In this document: positions 1 to 15,220 of the stretch, piece after piece
Numbering within the stretch: position 1 is the stretch's first letter
How the letters are laid out: each line of letters starts with the position of its first letter
Assembly: GCF_009914755.1 (NCBI RefSeq)
Contig: NC_060925.1
Reading direction: 5' to 3' (one strand)
Length of the DNA stretch: 64,000 bases
Source: the human T2T-CHM13v2.0 reference genome, Homo sapiens
Program-made: the position numbers and the translations under genes
The notes under the pieces: model-generated
Told to the model about the DNA's origin: nothing
What the model saw: the letters and a program-made list of their open reading frames with translations, nothing else
Database searches by the model: none

Positions 1-425
1 ATAAGATTTGGAAGGGACAGAAATCCCCACCATGTTTGGTGGCATCATGGGCTGACATTAATACATCTCTTTAATGGGATTGGAAGTTAGGAGATGTTTC
101 AAGGAGGAGATTACCTTGAACTGAGCTGTCCTGGTCAGTTGGCCATCTGAGAGAAAGAAATGGGGTCCCTGCCACAAGGCGCCTGGGAAATTAAATCCCA
201 GTTAGAGAAATAGGAAGACACTCAGGAAGTAATCAGAAAGACACTTCACTGGTTATTTCCCCCCAGCAGTTTTGCTGCGATGAATTTCAGGGGTAGAAGC
301 AGGAATGGTGGAATAAGGAATTGGAATTCAGGCCTACTTGTATAAGGCCCTCCTCAGTTGACCTATACCAGTATTTCTACATTTTTCTTATTTGACTTCT
401 CTTACCTTGTAAAATATATAGAAAT

Positions 426-575
426 CAGTGGTTTCTAGGGTCTGCAGAGTGGGGTGGGTGGCACTAAAATACAGTAGATGTTAATACCCGTCTTAGACTT
501 AATGAATCAGAATTATCCAGGGTGGGATCCAGGAATCTGAACTTTTAACAAATCTCTTTTGTTATTCTTAACTGG
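426..575. mobile_element. MER5-like hAT DNA transposon remnant
   Basis: GAATCAGAA...CCAGGAATCTG...TTTTAACAA core typical of MER5. Confidence 0.55.
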
Positions 576-1454
576 TACTCCTCAATTTACTGTTTAGGAA
601 TCTTACACATGGGGGAGGTTGAGACACTTAACTAAGCTAGTTGGTGGCAGAAATGAAACTGTGATATGGATCTTCTAACTCCTGCTCTAAAGCTTTTGAT
701 TTATAGTATAGTATTAATGAACTTCTATTGTGAACTTGCAGACCGTTTAATATTAGGTTCAATATACTATGTTTAAATGGGAATGAATTTCACAGGGCTT
801 ATAGAGCCTTTCCCCATAATTGTAAAATTTTTGCAGCAACCGCTATATTACTGTTGCTACAATTTTCTTTGCTAATTAGGTCTCTTTGCCTTGTAGCTCT
901 CACTTTTAAATTGTTTTTGTTTTGTCATTTAGTAGATCTCAGAGCAATTAACTAAACTAATTCTTCCATCTTTTTTTAAATGGAGACATCTCCTCCTCAC
1001 TATGGCAGGAAGATCTGTGATTTCTAGTATAACTGCTTGATGTGAGGACAGGGTTACTTGGGAAAGAACTTTCAGCATGAGTGATTTAATTATCTGCCTC
1101 CATTAGATAGGTACCTTTCTCTTGCTTGGCTCCTAATAAAGGAACAAGCACTCTCATCCATTTTACGGTTTAAATAAATTTTACAGTTAAATATGACTAG
1201 ATATACTTTTAGTACCCAAAGTTGTGGATATTTTGTTCCATAAAAGCTAATTACTAATAGAAAATGGTTTGCTAGATAAATTACTTAACTGAAAATATAC
1301 TAGAAGCTTATTTGTGCTTTCTAAAAAAGTTGATAATTATGATTCACTGGTTAGAAGTTGTAGATTTTACATATCCCTGATGTATAGATGGATAAGTGCA
1401 AATAGGAAAACTATGCTCTTAAATTATCATGATTGCTTGAAAACTTGGTAATGC

Positions 1455-1630
1455 TCAGTTCTCAGTCTGGTTTCATACTAGAAACTCCTGGAAGTTCTTA
1501 AAAATACAAGTGACCACATTCTACTCCTGAGAAATTTCTATTTATTTGACCTAAGATGGATCTCCTGCCTCTGTGTGTTATGAAAGCTCCCCAGGTGATT
1601 TTAATAAGCAGCCATGGTTGAGAGCCAATG
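1455..1630. mobile_element. MER5A-like DNA transposon remnant (MIR follows to about 1830)
   Basis: AAGCTCCCCAGGTGATTTTAAT...GCAGCCATGGTTGAGAGCCA terminus. Confidence 0.65.
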
Positions 1631-2554
1631 GTCTAATGGAAAGAGAACTGAATTATAATCAGGAAACTTGTCATTCCAGTCTTAATTCTGTGAACTCAGG
1701 TAAATCATCTAACATATTTAAGCTTGCATTGTAAAATGGAGGTAATTAATAATGGCCTATATGCCGGATTAATATTTTTACAGTTGAATGAAACTATATA
1801 CTCAAAAGTGCTTTGCAGTAAAGTGTTATACAGATGGTGGCATAGCAATTAAGATTTACTACGCAATATACTACTGTGAAGTGGTATGTTTAGTCTTTTG
1901 TACTTCTTGGCAGAAAGATGCTAGATCCCCTGTGGCAGAAAGAAACTTAGGCTCCTTAGCGATCCTCAGGGTATATTATTATGATTCTTAAAGTTCACTC
2001 TGTATTTTTATGTGTACCAGGCTGCTAGTGTCTCTAGGTGATAGGGGGAAAAGGTAGAGGAAAGGGTGGAGTTGCTCCTGCTGGTGATTTTTTAAAATTG
2101 TGAGTTCCTATAATTAGTAACATCCTTCTTACATCTTCATAGAGACATGGTTGGTAGCAGTGGAGTCGTTTATATAACTTTACAAACCCTCTCTTGTGTA
2201 CTCTTTTTCAATGTTATTCTCTTAAATCACTTCTGTCTCTGCTTTCCCTAGTGTTTAAGCTTCACTAACATTTACCTATATATAAATGGATGAGGACAGA
2301 AGAGAAAGGGTCCCCAAAGATGAATACACTCATTACTGGTTTCCCAACATGATATAAACCTAGGACTTCACCCCTTGGAGGGATGAAAGTTTACTATGCA
2401 TAGCATTTCCTGGTGTGTCAGTCTCGGTACAGCCTCTTGCTCAATTCATCAGCTGTTTCCAGGCAAAATTACATACCACTTCTTGAGTGTTTTAAAGCCT
2501 CCTAACTGTATATATGTGAGTTCTTTGATATATTGACTTCTTTTTCTTTGAGTC

Positions 2555-4005
<1,451 letters not shown>

Positions 4006-4014
<9 letters not shown>

Positions 4015-4203
4015 AGAAGAAGAAGAAGAGGAAGAGGAGGGGGAGGGGGGAGGAGGAGGAAAGAAGAAGAAGAGGAGGAGGGGGAGGGGGAGGAGGAAGA
4101 AAGAAGAAGAGGAAGAGGAGAGGGAGGGGGAGGAGGAGGAAAGAAGAAGAAGAGGAGGAGGGGGAGGGGGAGGAGGAGGAAAGAAGAAGAAGAAAGAAAA
4201 GGG

Positions 4204-4205
<2 letters not shown>
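4006..4205 (+). repeat. Pure-purine (GAA/GGA) tract with about 40-bp higher-order unit x4
   Basis: Only G and A over about 200 nt, grown from an Alu tail. Confidence 0.95.
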
Positions 4206-4490
<285 letters not shown>

Positions 4491-4972
4491 AAGGAAGAAA
4501 GAAAAGTGGTATGAGCACAAGAACTCTAACAAAAGATTTCTGGATGGATTGGGTTAATGGAAAACTGGCAGAAGCCTGGAGGAAGGAGAAGGTCAAGATC
4601 AGCTAATAGTAGCTGATAAGAAGTCCTGTATCATTATGAAGAGTATCAAAAGCACCCCTGCAGCCTGGGATGGTTGACTGATAACTATAACTGTAAAACA
4701 ATATAATCCGATGTGTATCATGACTTAAGAGAATTTGAGAAGAACAGAAAGGTGAATGCCAGTATTCAATGGCCAATGGAACATGTGTTTAGGGACTTTA
4801 TAGCAATACTTCAGTGCTCTAATGTTCAGGTCATACCTCCCTATCATTCCCTAGGTGGTGTGTTATCTGTTTATATTTTTATCTGCTATCCTAATCTGGG
4901 AGTCCTCTGAGTGTAGGGATGACTTATCCATCTTTGTAAATGTCCTCAAAATGCTTGACATATGATGAATAT

Positions 4973-5427
4973 GTTACCACAACACCAGGGGTTCAGTCTA
5001 GGTCCTGCTGCTCACAGCACAGAAAGCCAATGACTAAGATGATGATTATTGCCAAGGAAGAAGGCTTTAATTGGGGGCTGCAGCAGACGAGATGAGATGG
5101 GAGCTCAGTCTCAAATCCATCTCCCTGACAAACTGAAACTAGGGACTTATATAGCAGGGAAGAGATATAGCAATATGTAAGAAACAGGAACTAGAGAGGG
5201 GTAAGGAAGCAATTATGGTGAATGAGGGGCCCTCATCTCATTATCTGGATATGGTGATCTGGTGAGTTCCAGTTCTTCCATACTTTTTTTTGAGAGACCT
5301 GAAGGTCCTTTGTTGAGTAAGGAATCCGATAAAACAAATGTTAAGGTTCAAGCTTCAAGACCAAAAACGTCAATTTCTATGTTTATCCAAAAAACTATCT
5401 ATTGAACTATTGGGTCAGTTTGAAACA
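4973..5427 (-). mobile_element. ERV1 (MER4-group, MER66-like) solo LTR
   Basis: TGTTACC...GGGGTTCAGTCTAGGTCCTGCTGCTC...GAAGAAGGCTTTAAT pattern; subfamily uncertain. Confidence 0.7.
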
Positions 5428-5544
5428 CATGTTAAAACCTCTGATTTGATTTCCTTATCTCATTTTGCCTGCCTTGTTTCTGAAAGTTTTATCTAATTCA
5501 GATGTCACAAACCTCTAAAAATTTCTTTCCTTGTTCAACAAACC

Positions 5545-5640
5545 CCCTATGTCACAAGTTTACCTGCATAACAAACCTGAACATATACCTTTGAACCTAA
5601 AATAAAAGTTTAAAATAAATGAATAAATAAATAAATAATA
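5545..5640 (+). mobile_element. L1 3' terminal fragment with TAAA tail
   Basis: GTTTACCTGCATAACAAACCTGAACAT...AACCTAAAATAAAAGTT. Confidence 0.75.
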
Positions 5641-6056
5641 GCAAAACTATGTTTTTTTAAAAAAAATTCTTCTCAGAGTCACCTATGATAAAGACTTCTA
5701 GATTTTGTAGATATTTTACTACTTAATCTGTACAAACAAGTGTAAACCAAGAAAATATTTTAAAATTACTCATGACTAAACAGATGCATTCATGTTAAAC
5801 TTATCTCTCATCCCTACCCATTCTTGAACTCTTTCTCATTCACTAGTCATTTATGAAAAAACTGTATAACAAATAACTATAATAAAATGGAAAATATATA
5901 ATTAAGCTAGAGGAAAGGAAGGGTGGGAGTCATCCTTTTTTTTTGGTATATGTTAGTAAATTAATAGTAAAAATAAGGGAGGACTTAGCCATAAGGGTTT
6001 TAAAACAGCATGTCTCAATTTGTATACAAGGCTACTATGTTGGTCTGTGAAATACG

Positions 6057-6087
<31 letters not shown>

Positions 6088-6429
6088 GATTGATTTTCAG
6101 TGCTGCAATCCTGACCTCTAGTGGACATTCAGAACAAAACCCAAACATCACATTCTTTTATTTAGTTACTCCATCAAGCACCATTAGCCAACCTAAAATA
6201 TTAAACTTTCAAAGAGATTAAAACATGAGAAGCAGAATAAAGTAAAAGAATTTTTGGCTAATATTCTAAATATTCTTGCTGTAGAACCTGTATTTAAGAG
6301 CAGCTAGTATTATTTCTTTTTGCGTGTTAATTATCTGTCACTTTCACTACTTTCTTTGAAACAATGCATTGCTTTATAGATCATAGCAGCAAGAAATTTA
6401 TCAGAGAAGCCAAATGGATTTTCTTTTGA

Positions 6430-7432
6430 TTACCTGTAATATATAACAAGCTATACGAAAACTGAGTGGCTTTAAAAGGACAATGATTTTTATAGTGAGA
6501 CATATAGTGATGTTATGTAACCTCCTGATAGAATGCACTGAGAAGGGCACAGCATCACTTCTGTGGTATTTGTGCCCAAAATACATATTCTGAATTTAAT
6601 CATAAGGAACCAGTAGACATATCGAGTTGAGGGACATTTTATAAAATAACTGGCCAATACTCTTCCAAAGCATCAAGGTCATGAAAAATAAACACTGAAA
6701 ACGGTCCCATATGAAAGGAGACTAAGGAGACATGACAACCAAATTCAATATATAATCCAGAATTGCATCCTGGACCAGAAAAAGGGCATTAGTGGAGCAT
6801 TTGATAAAAATAATAGTTTCTTGGTTTTGATCATTATACTATGGTTATGTAAGATGTTAATGTTTGGGTAAAACTGAGTGAAGGATATGTAGGACTTCTT
6901 GGTACTGTTTTTGCAAAGTTTTTCTAAATCCGAAATTATTTCCAAGTGAAAAAAAGTAATTAAAACCAATCATTTATTTTCTTACAATCTCATGAGTCAG
7001 AAATTTTGGAATTCAACTGTGTGGTTCATCTCTGATCCACTTGGCATCAGCTGGACCACCTGATTCACTTCCAGATGACTTCTTTACTCACATATCTACC
7101 ACTTTGGTGATTCTTGGTCTTTCTTCTTTACTGATGAAATCTGGTTCTCCAGGCCTTCTTTTGATTGCTTGGTTCCTTAGAGAGCATGGGAGTATAAGTA
7201 TAATTGCACTTCTTATATGGTAGCTGGCTTCGAAAAGTGAGTGCTCCAAGGGACTGAACATGAAAGCTGTCAATATCTGAAGGCCTGGGCACATAAACTA
7301 GCATGGCATCACTTCCACCATATTCTACTGGTAAAAGCAGTACCATAGTCTGCCCAGGTTGAAATGAGAGAACAGAGACCTTAACTCTCAATGGAGAAGC
7401 ATCAAATAATTGTGACTCTTTAATCCATCACA
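6430..7432. mobile_element. MLT1 (MaLR) LTR interrupted by an old L1M 3' UTR (about 6505-6960, +)
   Basis: AAAACTGAGTGGCTTTAAA start; ATCACTTCCACCATATTCTACTGGT end; L1M tail TTTTTGCAAAGTTTTTCTAAATCCGAAATTATTTCC. Confidence 0.65.
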
Positions 7433-7487
7433 GATATCTAACAAAAGTCTCACTGAGTTGGCACTCAAGATGGAATTAGTGGAAAAA

Positions 7488-7690
7488 AGCCTGGATTTGC
7501 TTTAGTCTGATAGACCTGAGTTATAGCCTGGCTTTACCATTTACTAACAGTGTTCTGTCTCTGAGCTTCAGTTTAGCCATCTCTAAAATGGTGGCAATAA
7601 TACATATGCCATAGAGCTGTTGAGAGGATTAAGTGAAAAATATAAAATACTGGATATAATGGGCAATAAATACATGAACCTAATAATAAT
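7488..7690 (+). mobile_element. MIR
   Basis: CTCTGAGCTTCAGTTT..CATCTCTAAAATGG core. Confidence 0.7.
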
Positions 7691-8659
7691 AATTGCTAGT
7701 GTTTATCAAATATTTACCAAATACTCAGTTCACTTGATGTATGCTATCTCATTTAGTCATTATCTCTTCCTAGGGTGGTATGTTTTCTTTTGTATGGGTC
7801 AGAAAGGACAGAACCCCATTTCCTCTAGCTTTGTCTGTGAACCTGCTCCATTTACTTTGGCCATTTTTGGTTTGACAATTTGGTAATTTGGTTTATTGAC
7901 TTGTTGTTAGGATTTCCATTATTTCCCTTTTATTTTGATTCCTAAGAACCCAGGTGCTGATGCACACTTGGTACTTTTTGACACTACCTTTTCAGCATTT
8001 GTTCTCAGTGCTGTCAGCTTAAGTTTTTGACAGCTTCTCACACAATCTGTCAGCTCTCTCTGAACCCACGATTGCCTGCTTATCAGAGCCAGAATGTTCA
8101 GTGTCTTTGTTTCAGTGAGTGCTCTACTGTCAGCTGTTATTTTATGCAAGATTGTGGGTGCTTAATCCTTGGCCTACCCAAGAACATCATGATCTGCACT
8201 TTGGAGCAATTATTCAATTTGGGGCAATTACTTGTAGGTGTTCTTTAAAGCAAAGATGATGCCAGAATGTAATTGAATTTTGAAATAGCAGTATCCAAAT
8301 CAGTTAAAAAGCTACTTCGTCATGCATGCAAGGCTGATCTCAATCTGTTGTCATTAGAGGAAGGTGGTGACCCTTTCTTCCCACAGCAAGTTGGGTTTTT
8401 GTTGCCTCATATACTGCAAGCAGTCAGCTACTTTTTTTGAGTGTTTTCAATATGGAAACAAATAATAGAATTTAGTTCTGGTAGAAGTCACTTATTTGTT
8501 ATCTTTTTACTCTCTGCTCTCAAAATTTACTTGCCTTTAAATGGAAAGAATCACTTTAATCCTTTAGGAAGTAGAGGACACATTAAATAATATCCAAATA
8601 AGAGATTTATTCATTCATTCACATATTCATTGAATCATCTTCTCTAACTTAATTGTTTA

Positions 8660-8870
8660 GAGTATCACTTTTGGAATTAGGTTAAAATCCTAGATCTGCA
8701 CTTATTAGCTATTGGACTTAGGAAAGTTACTTTGATTTCTCGAAATCTTGATTTCCTTGTGTATAAAATGGAATTTTAGGTGGTTGTGGGATGAAATAGG
8801 GACATGCCTTTAATGTAATTAATTCATATCTTGGCACATACAAAATACTCAGTAGATGTTGGTTATTATT
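8660..8870 (+). mobile_element. MIR
   Basis: AAATCCTAGATCTGCACTTATTAGCT...AAGTTACTT...TAAAATGG. Confidence 0.65.
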
Positions 8871-9083
8871 TTGCATTTGGAGTTAGACCTTGTACTATAA
8901 ATGATAAGTGGCCATAATATGTTTACTTATTTTTTACTCTTAATAATTCTCCAAACCTTTGACTCCTACTACGTACATGTTTTCCCCTTAAGAACAAACA
9001 AATTGCTGGGGATTACATATTCCTAAAAATGGGAGGCATCTTGAAAATGTATGAGATATTTTGCTTTTAAAAATACATTTCAA

Positions 9084-9388
9084 GGCTGAGTGTATTGTCT
9101 CATGCCTGTAATCCCAGCATGTTGTGAGGCCAAGGCAGAAGGATCACTTGAGCCCAGGAATTGGAGACCAGCTTGGGCAACATAGGGATACCTCATCTCT
9201 ACGAAAAAATTAAAAATTAGCCAGATATGGTGGCACACACATGTAGTCCCAGCTACTTGGAAGCTGAGTTGAGAGGATTGCTTGAGCCTGGGAGGTTGAG
9301 GCTGCAGTGAGTGGTGATCACACCACTGCACTCCAGCTTGTGTGACAGAGTGAAATTCTATCTCTAAAAAAAAAAAAAAAAAAAAAAA
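9084..9388 (+). mobile_element. AluJ-type
   Basis: Full Alu with A tail. Confidence 0.9.
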
Positions 9389-10550
9389 CCTGATAGAATA
9401 ACAAGTTCTTTTCTGAATTCCATCAACTCAAATGTCTTAAAGTGTATTTGTTTGCATCGTCTAGCCACTCTGTTCTACTTTAGTTCAAGGCTTATGAAGT
9501 CTTTATTTTTATGGGTAATGTCTAGAGCTTCATATAAGCAGATATAGTAATACCTTATTTTTCTGAACTTGTTTAAAGAATTTACATACATAAATTTTTC
9601 TGGTAACTGAAAGTTTCCTCTTTAGCTTCCCAAACTTCAAAACATCATTATCTACTTTTTATTTAAAACACACACTCACCTCCCTTCTTAAGCACAGTAT
9701 TATAACATGATATAAGCATTCATCAATCCTGCTGGATTATCATTATTAATAATGACAATTAACAGTAGTTAATAATTAACTATTGAAGATTATTGGCTCC
9801 CCCAAGTGGACCCAGAGAGCTATGCATTTTATCTTTTTTTTTTTTTAATATATGTCTTCATTTCTGTGAGATCTAATATTTTAATTCTGACAACTGTCTC
9901 TATAAGCTATCTATCCCTGACCCCATCTGGCACATACTTTATCTTGTAGTTTGCTACTTGTAATATCTATAAGCTTCAAAATCATATCACCAAACTAACT
10001 GGAAGTATGTATAGAATAAAAAGTTTAGCAAAGTTTCCTCTTGGTGTTTGTGAGAGCTATTTTGGCTATTTAGAGATCTTTATTTACTTAATTTTTACTT
10101 GTAAGTTCTTTGTGTCTTGGACAGCTTGGTTGTCTAATTGTTTGATTTTGAGATAATTGAAGAAAGGGGTTCTTACTGTAATTTGATGATAATTCTGTAA
10201 ATTGGTCTAGTTGGGTCCACAGGGAAATAATCAACCCCCGAAAATTTGGGAAAGCTAGTGTAGTTTAATCATTCAGTCTTCAAATAAGCATTTACTATGC
10301 ACATTATACCAGCACTGTGTGAGAATATCTCACACAGGAGGCTTGAGGGGGTGATTCTAGCCTGTTACTAAACACATATGTAAACCAAAAACATCTGAGA
10401 TGGGTTTCAATCAATTTAGAGGTTTATTTTGCCAAGTTACAGACCATGATCCATGACACAGCCTCAGGAGGTCCTGAGAACATGTGCCCAAGGTGATTGG
10501 GTTTCAGATTGGTTTTATATGTTTTAGGGAAACATAAGACATTAATCCAT

Positions 10551-10848
10551 GGCCGAGCACAGTGGCTCATGCCCTTAATCTTAGCACTTTGGGAGGCTGA
10601 GGCAGGAGGGTTGCTTGAGGCCAGGAGTCAAGAATAGCTTGGGCAATATAGTGAAACCCTCTCTACCAAAAAAAAAGAAAAAAAAATTATCTGGGCGTGG
10701 TGGCATATGCCTGTAGTTCCAGCTACTTGGGAGGCTGATGTGGAAAGATTGCTTGAGTTCAAAAGGTCAAGGCTGCAGTGAGCTCTGATGGTGCCACTGC
10801 ACTCCAGTCTGGGTGACAGAACGAGACTCTGTTCTTAAAAAAAAAAAA
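10551..10848 (+). mobile_element. AluJ-type
   Basis: Full Alu inside MER4. Confidence 0.9.
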
Positions 10849-10856
10849 GACATCAG

Positions 10857-11201
<345 letters not shown>

Positions 11202-11264
11202 TCAGTGCAGCAATAATTCAGAGATGGGGCTTCCAGGTCATAGGTGGATTCAAAAATGTTATCT

Positions 11265-11510
11265 TTTTTTTTTTCTGTTCTTTTCTTTCTTTCTTTTTGT
11301 TTGTTTTTTGAGACAGGGTCTCGCTGTGTCATCTAGGCTGGAGTGCAATGGTGTGATCTTGGCTTACTGCAGCTCAACCTCCTCAGTTCAAGCACTCCTC
11401 CTGCCTCAGCCTCCCATGAAGCTGGGACCACAGGTGTGTACCACCACACCTGGCTAATTTTTTTTTTACTTTCTTGTAGAGATGGGGTCTCACTTTGTTG
11501 CCCAGGTTGG
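11265..11510 (-). mobile_element. Truncated AluJ-type
   Basis: Antisense right arm and part of left arm. Confidence 0.85.
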
Positions 11511-11835
11511 CAAAGATTTCCTGATTGGCAATTGGTTGAAAGAGTTGTTATTATCTAAAAACCTGGAATCAACAGAAAGGAGTGTCTGGGTTAAGATAAG
11601 GGCTTGTAAAGACTAGAGTTCTTATTATGTATATGAAGTCTTATGGGTAACCACTCCCAGAGGCAATAAATGGCAAATGTTTCCTTTAGACATCCTAAAA
11701 AGGTTCTAGACTCTCAGCCAATCTCTTCAGGATCAGAAAGTGACCTGGAAAGAGAAGGGAATCCTCTATAGAAAGTAAATTTTCCCCACAAGAGACAACT
11801 TTGTAGGACCATTTCAAAATATGTTCAAGGAATCT

Positions 11836-12097
11836 TTATTTTATTTTATTTTTTTTGAGATGGAGTCTCGCTCTGTCACCCAGGCTGGAGTGCGATCTCG
11901 GCTCATTGCAAGCTCCGCCTCCTGGGTTCACACCATTCTCCTGCTTCGGCCTCCCAAGTAGCTGGGACTACAGGCGCCTGCCACCACGCCCGGCTAATTT
12001 TTTGTATTTTTAGTAGAGACTGGGTTTCACCATGTTAGCCAGGATGGTCTCGATCTCCTGACCTCGTGATCCGCCTGCCTCGGTCTCCCAAAGTGCT
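11836..12097 (-). mobile_element. AluY-type, slightly 5'-truncated
   Basis: CAAGCTCCGCCTCC, CCATTCTCC and AGGATGGTCTCGATCTCC AluY diagnostics. Confidence 0.9.
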
Positions 12098-14272
12098 TTT
12101 GGGATAAAATAGTTTGGTTTCTTTCAGGGCCCTGCTATCTGCTATGTGATGCTATACTTAGAATCACGTTGGAATTTGGTATCTTATTGCTACAGGGTGT
12201 TTGCTGTCTGTCTTAGGATCTCTCTTTTAATGTTAATGCTGGTCAGTTGTGTGCCTGAACTCCAAAGGGAGGAGAGTATAATGAGGCATGCCTGATTGCC
12301 CCTTCCTGTCGTGATCTGAACTATTTTTTCAGGTTTAGCTGGGTCCCTTTGGTCCCAGCTTAGTCAGTTGGAGGGCTTAGAATTGTCTTTTTGGTTTTCA
12401 CAGGTATAATATTGGGCTAGTCACATTCATACTCTAAGAAATGAGAATCATTGTATAGGTTGTTATAACAATCAATGAAATTTCACAATTCCTGTGAATG
12501 TAAGGAATTTGGGGGGAATGTTTGACAGGGAGGTTAAGAATACAGCCAAGGTAGCTGAACATGGAGTGGAGTTTCCAAAGGCTACCATGAAAGGATTTGG
12601 AAAGGAAAGGAGGAGTAGCAAACTAGCTTAGGATAAAGGACCAGAGCATTATGAAGATGAGAAAACTAGACATGAGAGGGATTTGCATTTTGAGCAGTGA
12701 CTGGAAAAACAAGAACCAGAGAAATAGTGGATCAGGTTCTGATGGCAAGCTGATAAACACTCAGGTTGTGAGAATTCACTGTTGCCTAGTGGTTGTGATG
12801 TGGTGGTGGACAGAGTTGGAGAACAGGGCAGTAGGTCTTTTTTATATTGGCCTTTAAGTTTTGGCAGGTGGGCAGCAGCTAGTGGGTGAGAAGTCAAATT
12901 TTGATTCAGAAAGCAAATTTTGCTTAATTGTAACCCACATTTTAAAATCTGTAATAGTCTTTTTTTTCTAATTGGTAAATTGTGGTCAAAACCAGTCCAG
13001 GATAATTGCTTAGTATGGTAATGAACTGTGTTCATTTGTTTTTATCTCCTGGCCTGATTATACTTATTTCCTATTGCTTTTGGTTTCTTAAATAATCAGC
13101 TGAGTAAACCCCAAACCAAAAATATTTGGTTTATATTTTAACCAACTGAATATTTGTGTTTATCATTCATTCCTTCCATCATTATGTTATATTTCTGGTA
13201 CCTGAATGTGAAAGTTTATGTTAGCAAATCATAACAGGAATACACTCTAAATATCTGGTCCTAATCCTTGCTTCTGGAGTTATTTCAGAGACAGAAGAAG
13301 CATGGTTTATTATAAGTTTTTTGGATAGCACATTTGGTATAGCTCCATATCCAAAAGCCAGCCAGAATGTATCAGTGACCAAGATGAAGAGGGCACATCA
13401 AATAGACCCTGGACTTATGGGACTTATGCCAACTCATACTTGAAATATCTTTTTTCTTATGTATGATGACTTGCATGGCAAGGAAACAGCACATTTTGTA
13501 GCAAACATTTCTGATTGTTACCTTTATCATATAAGATTCTCTATCTTTTGAATTTAATAACTCAATGTCTCTTCAGAGCAATTGGGCAGAACCCAGAGTT
13601 CAAAATTCAGTTCTAGAATAGCTTCTTAAGGAACAATTTAATTTGTTTATTTCTAAAGAAATATTGCTATGGTTTTCAGAAAAGGAAAGGAAGTCTGGCA
13701 GATAGCCCCTAATGACCACCTCTAGTTATACAAATAATACTTGAAAGCAATTGCTAAAACAAATAAGAAAACAATAAGAACTGTAGTGGAAATGCAGTGT
13801 GATACTTAAAGCCTCCAGTACACAATCTGTCCCACTTATCAGCAACACTGCCTTGTTTTTTTTTATTTTATTCTGTCTGCCACTTGCAGTTTAACTGTAA
13901 CACCGAGATGTCCAGATTAGGGTTAGGAATTTCAATTAATAATTTTAGACTTCTGCATCATTATGCCAGCTTGAGCAAGGAACTTGACTTTCACAAGACT
14001 TAGGCACATGCAAATAATCCAGAAATTGACTGAAGGGAAATAACTTATTGTAAAAACAATTTTATGTGAACATTGATTAAATAGCACCTAAAATTTATAA
14101 CAAGCCACTCAGGGAAAGAAAATACCTTTAAAAAAAAACTCATGGTTTAATTATTGTTTGTGAAGATGAAAGCAATTAGGAATTTTATTAAATATATGTG
14201 GAAGTCTTGGGGAAATAATAAAATAGTGATACATGTGGCAGTACTAATCTTCACTTTCTTTTTCTATTTCAG

Positions 14273-14314
14273 GGTTTGAACATAATCTTTCATGTAGCTT
14301 TGGCTCTCCTAAAG
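14273..14314 (+). CDS. RABGAP1L: RABGAP1L internal 42-nt coding micro-exon (C-terminal TBC region), GLNIIFHVALALLK
   Basis: Branch-like TACTAAT (14242-14248), polypyrimidine tract and TTTCAG acceptor (AG 14271-72); AAG|GTAAGT donor; 14 open codons, phase 0/0; peptide recognised as RABGAP1L from memory (paralog RABGAP1 reads GISVIFNVALGLLK). Confidence 0.93.
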
Positions 14315-14994
14315 GTAAGTCTTTTTTTTAATCTTAAGTTACCACATTCTCTTACCTCTTTGCCCTTGGAACTGGAATAATTCAATTTACAGTCTTTGAC
14401 TCATTTCAGTTTCTCAGACACACAAAAATAGATGACTTCTCTGAGAAACTCTGATCCTCTTCCCTCCTCTCATCTTTTTCTGTTGTTGTTTATTTGGAGT
14501 CTTTTTTTTCTTATAATCCATTTATTTAATGGTACTATCATAGAGCTCTTTCCAGTAACATAAAATATCTTTTTATCATATGAATTGGATGATATAAGAG
14601 AAAAGGTTAAAAATTGTTTTCTGTCAAAATGATGCCTGCTTTTTTCTTAAAACACTTTTTACTATAACATCTCTGGAGGTACCTAAACATATAATTGAAT
14701 TATTAAAAAGTTTTTATAATATACTGACTAAAAAAGAAACTGCTACATTTCAATTTGCAGTTCTTTCCATGATAGTTAGAAATTTATAAAACACTTTAGA
14801 ATTCTATTGTAATTACCTTGTTGGATTTTATGTCAACATATCATACAGCTTTAATAATGTGGTAACTGCAAGGCATTTGCTGCAGAGTTGATGAAGATAA
14901 CCCAGCTGGTTTTTGTCCTTCAGTCAGAGAAGACATTCTGATATTAAAGGCAATAATTGCCTCAAAGGCACAGGCTTACCCTTTCCTCAGTATA

Positions 14995-15220
14995 ACATGG
15001 TGGTTAAAATGGCAGACCTGGACTCAGACAGATTTGCTTCTAATTTCAGCCCTACCATATGACCTTAGGCAAATTTTTCTAAGTGCTCAAAGTCTGGGTT
15101 TTGAGATAATAATAGGAATTAATTTATGGGATTGTTAAAAGAATTGAGATGATCAAAGAAGTCCTTAGTATAGTATCTAGAACATTTTACTGCCTAGTAA
15201 AGTTAGCTGTCATTATTATT
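14995..15220 (+). mobile_element. MIR
   Basis: GTGGTTAAAA...GACCTTAGGCAAATT...AGCTGTCATTATTATT. Confidence 0.65.

Noticed and set aside
12649-13035. 128-aa minus-strand ORF
   Set aside because: No homology recognised; overlaps degenerate purine-rich repeat-like sequence.
13855-13925. Polypyrimidine tract with TTGCAG acceptor about 380 nt upstream of the micro-exon
   Set aside because: No convincing donor or recognisable RABGAP1L peptide follows.
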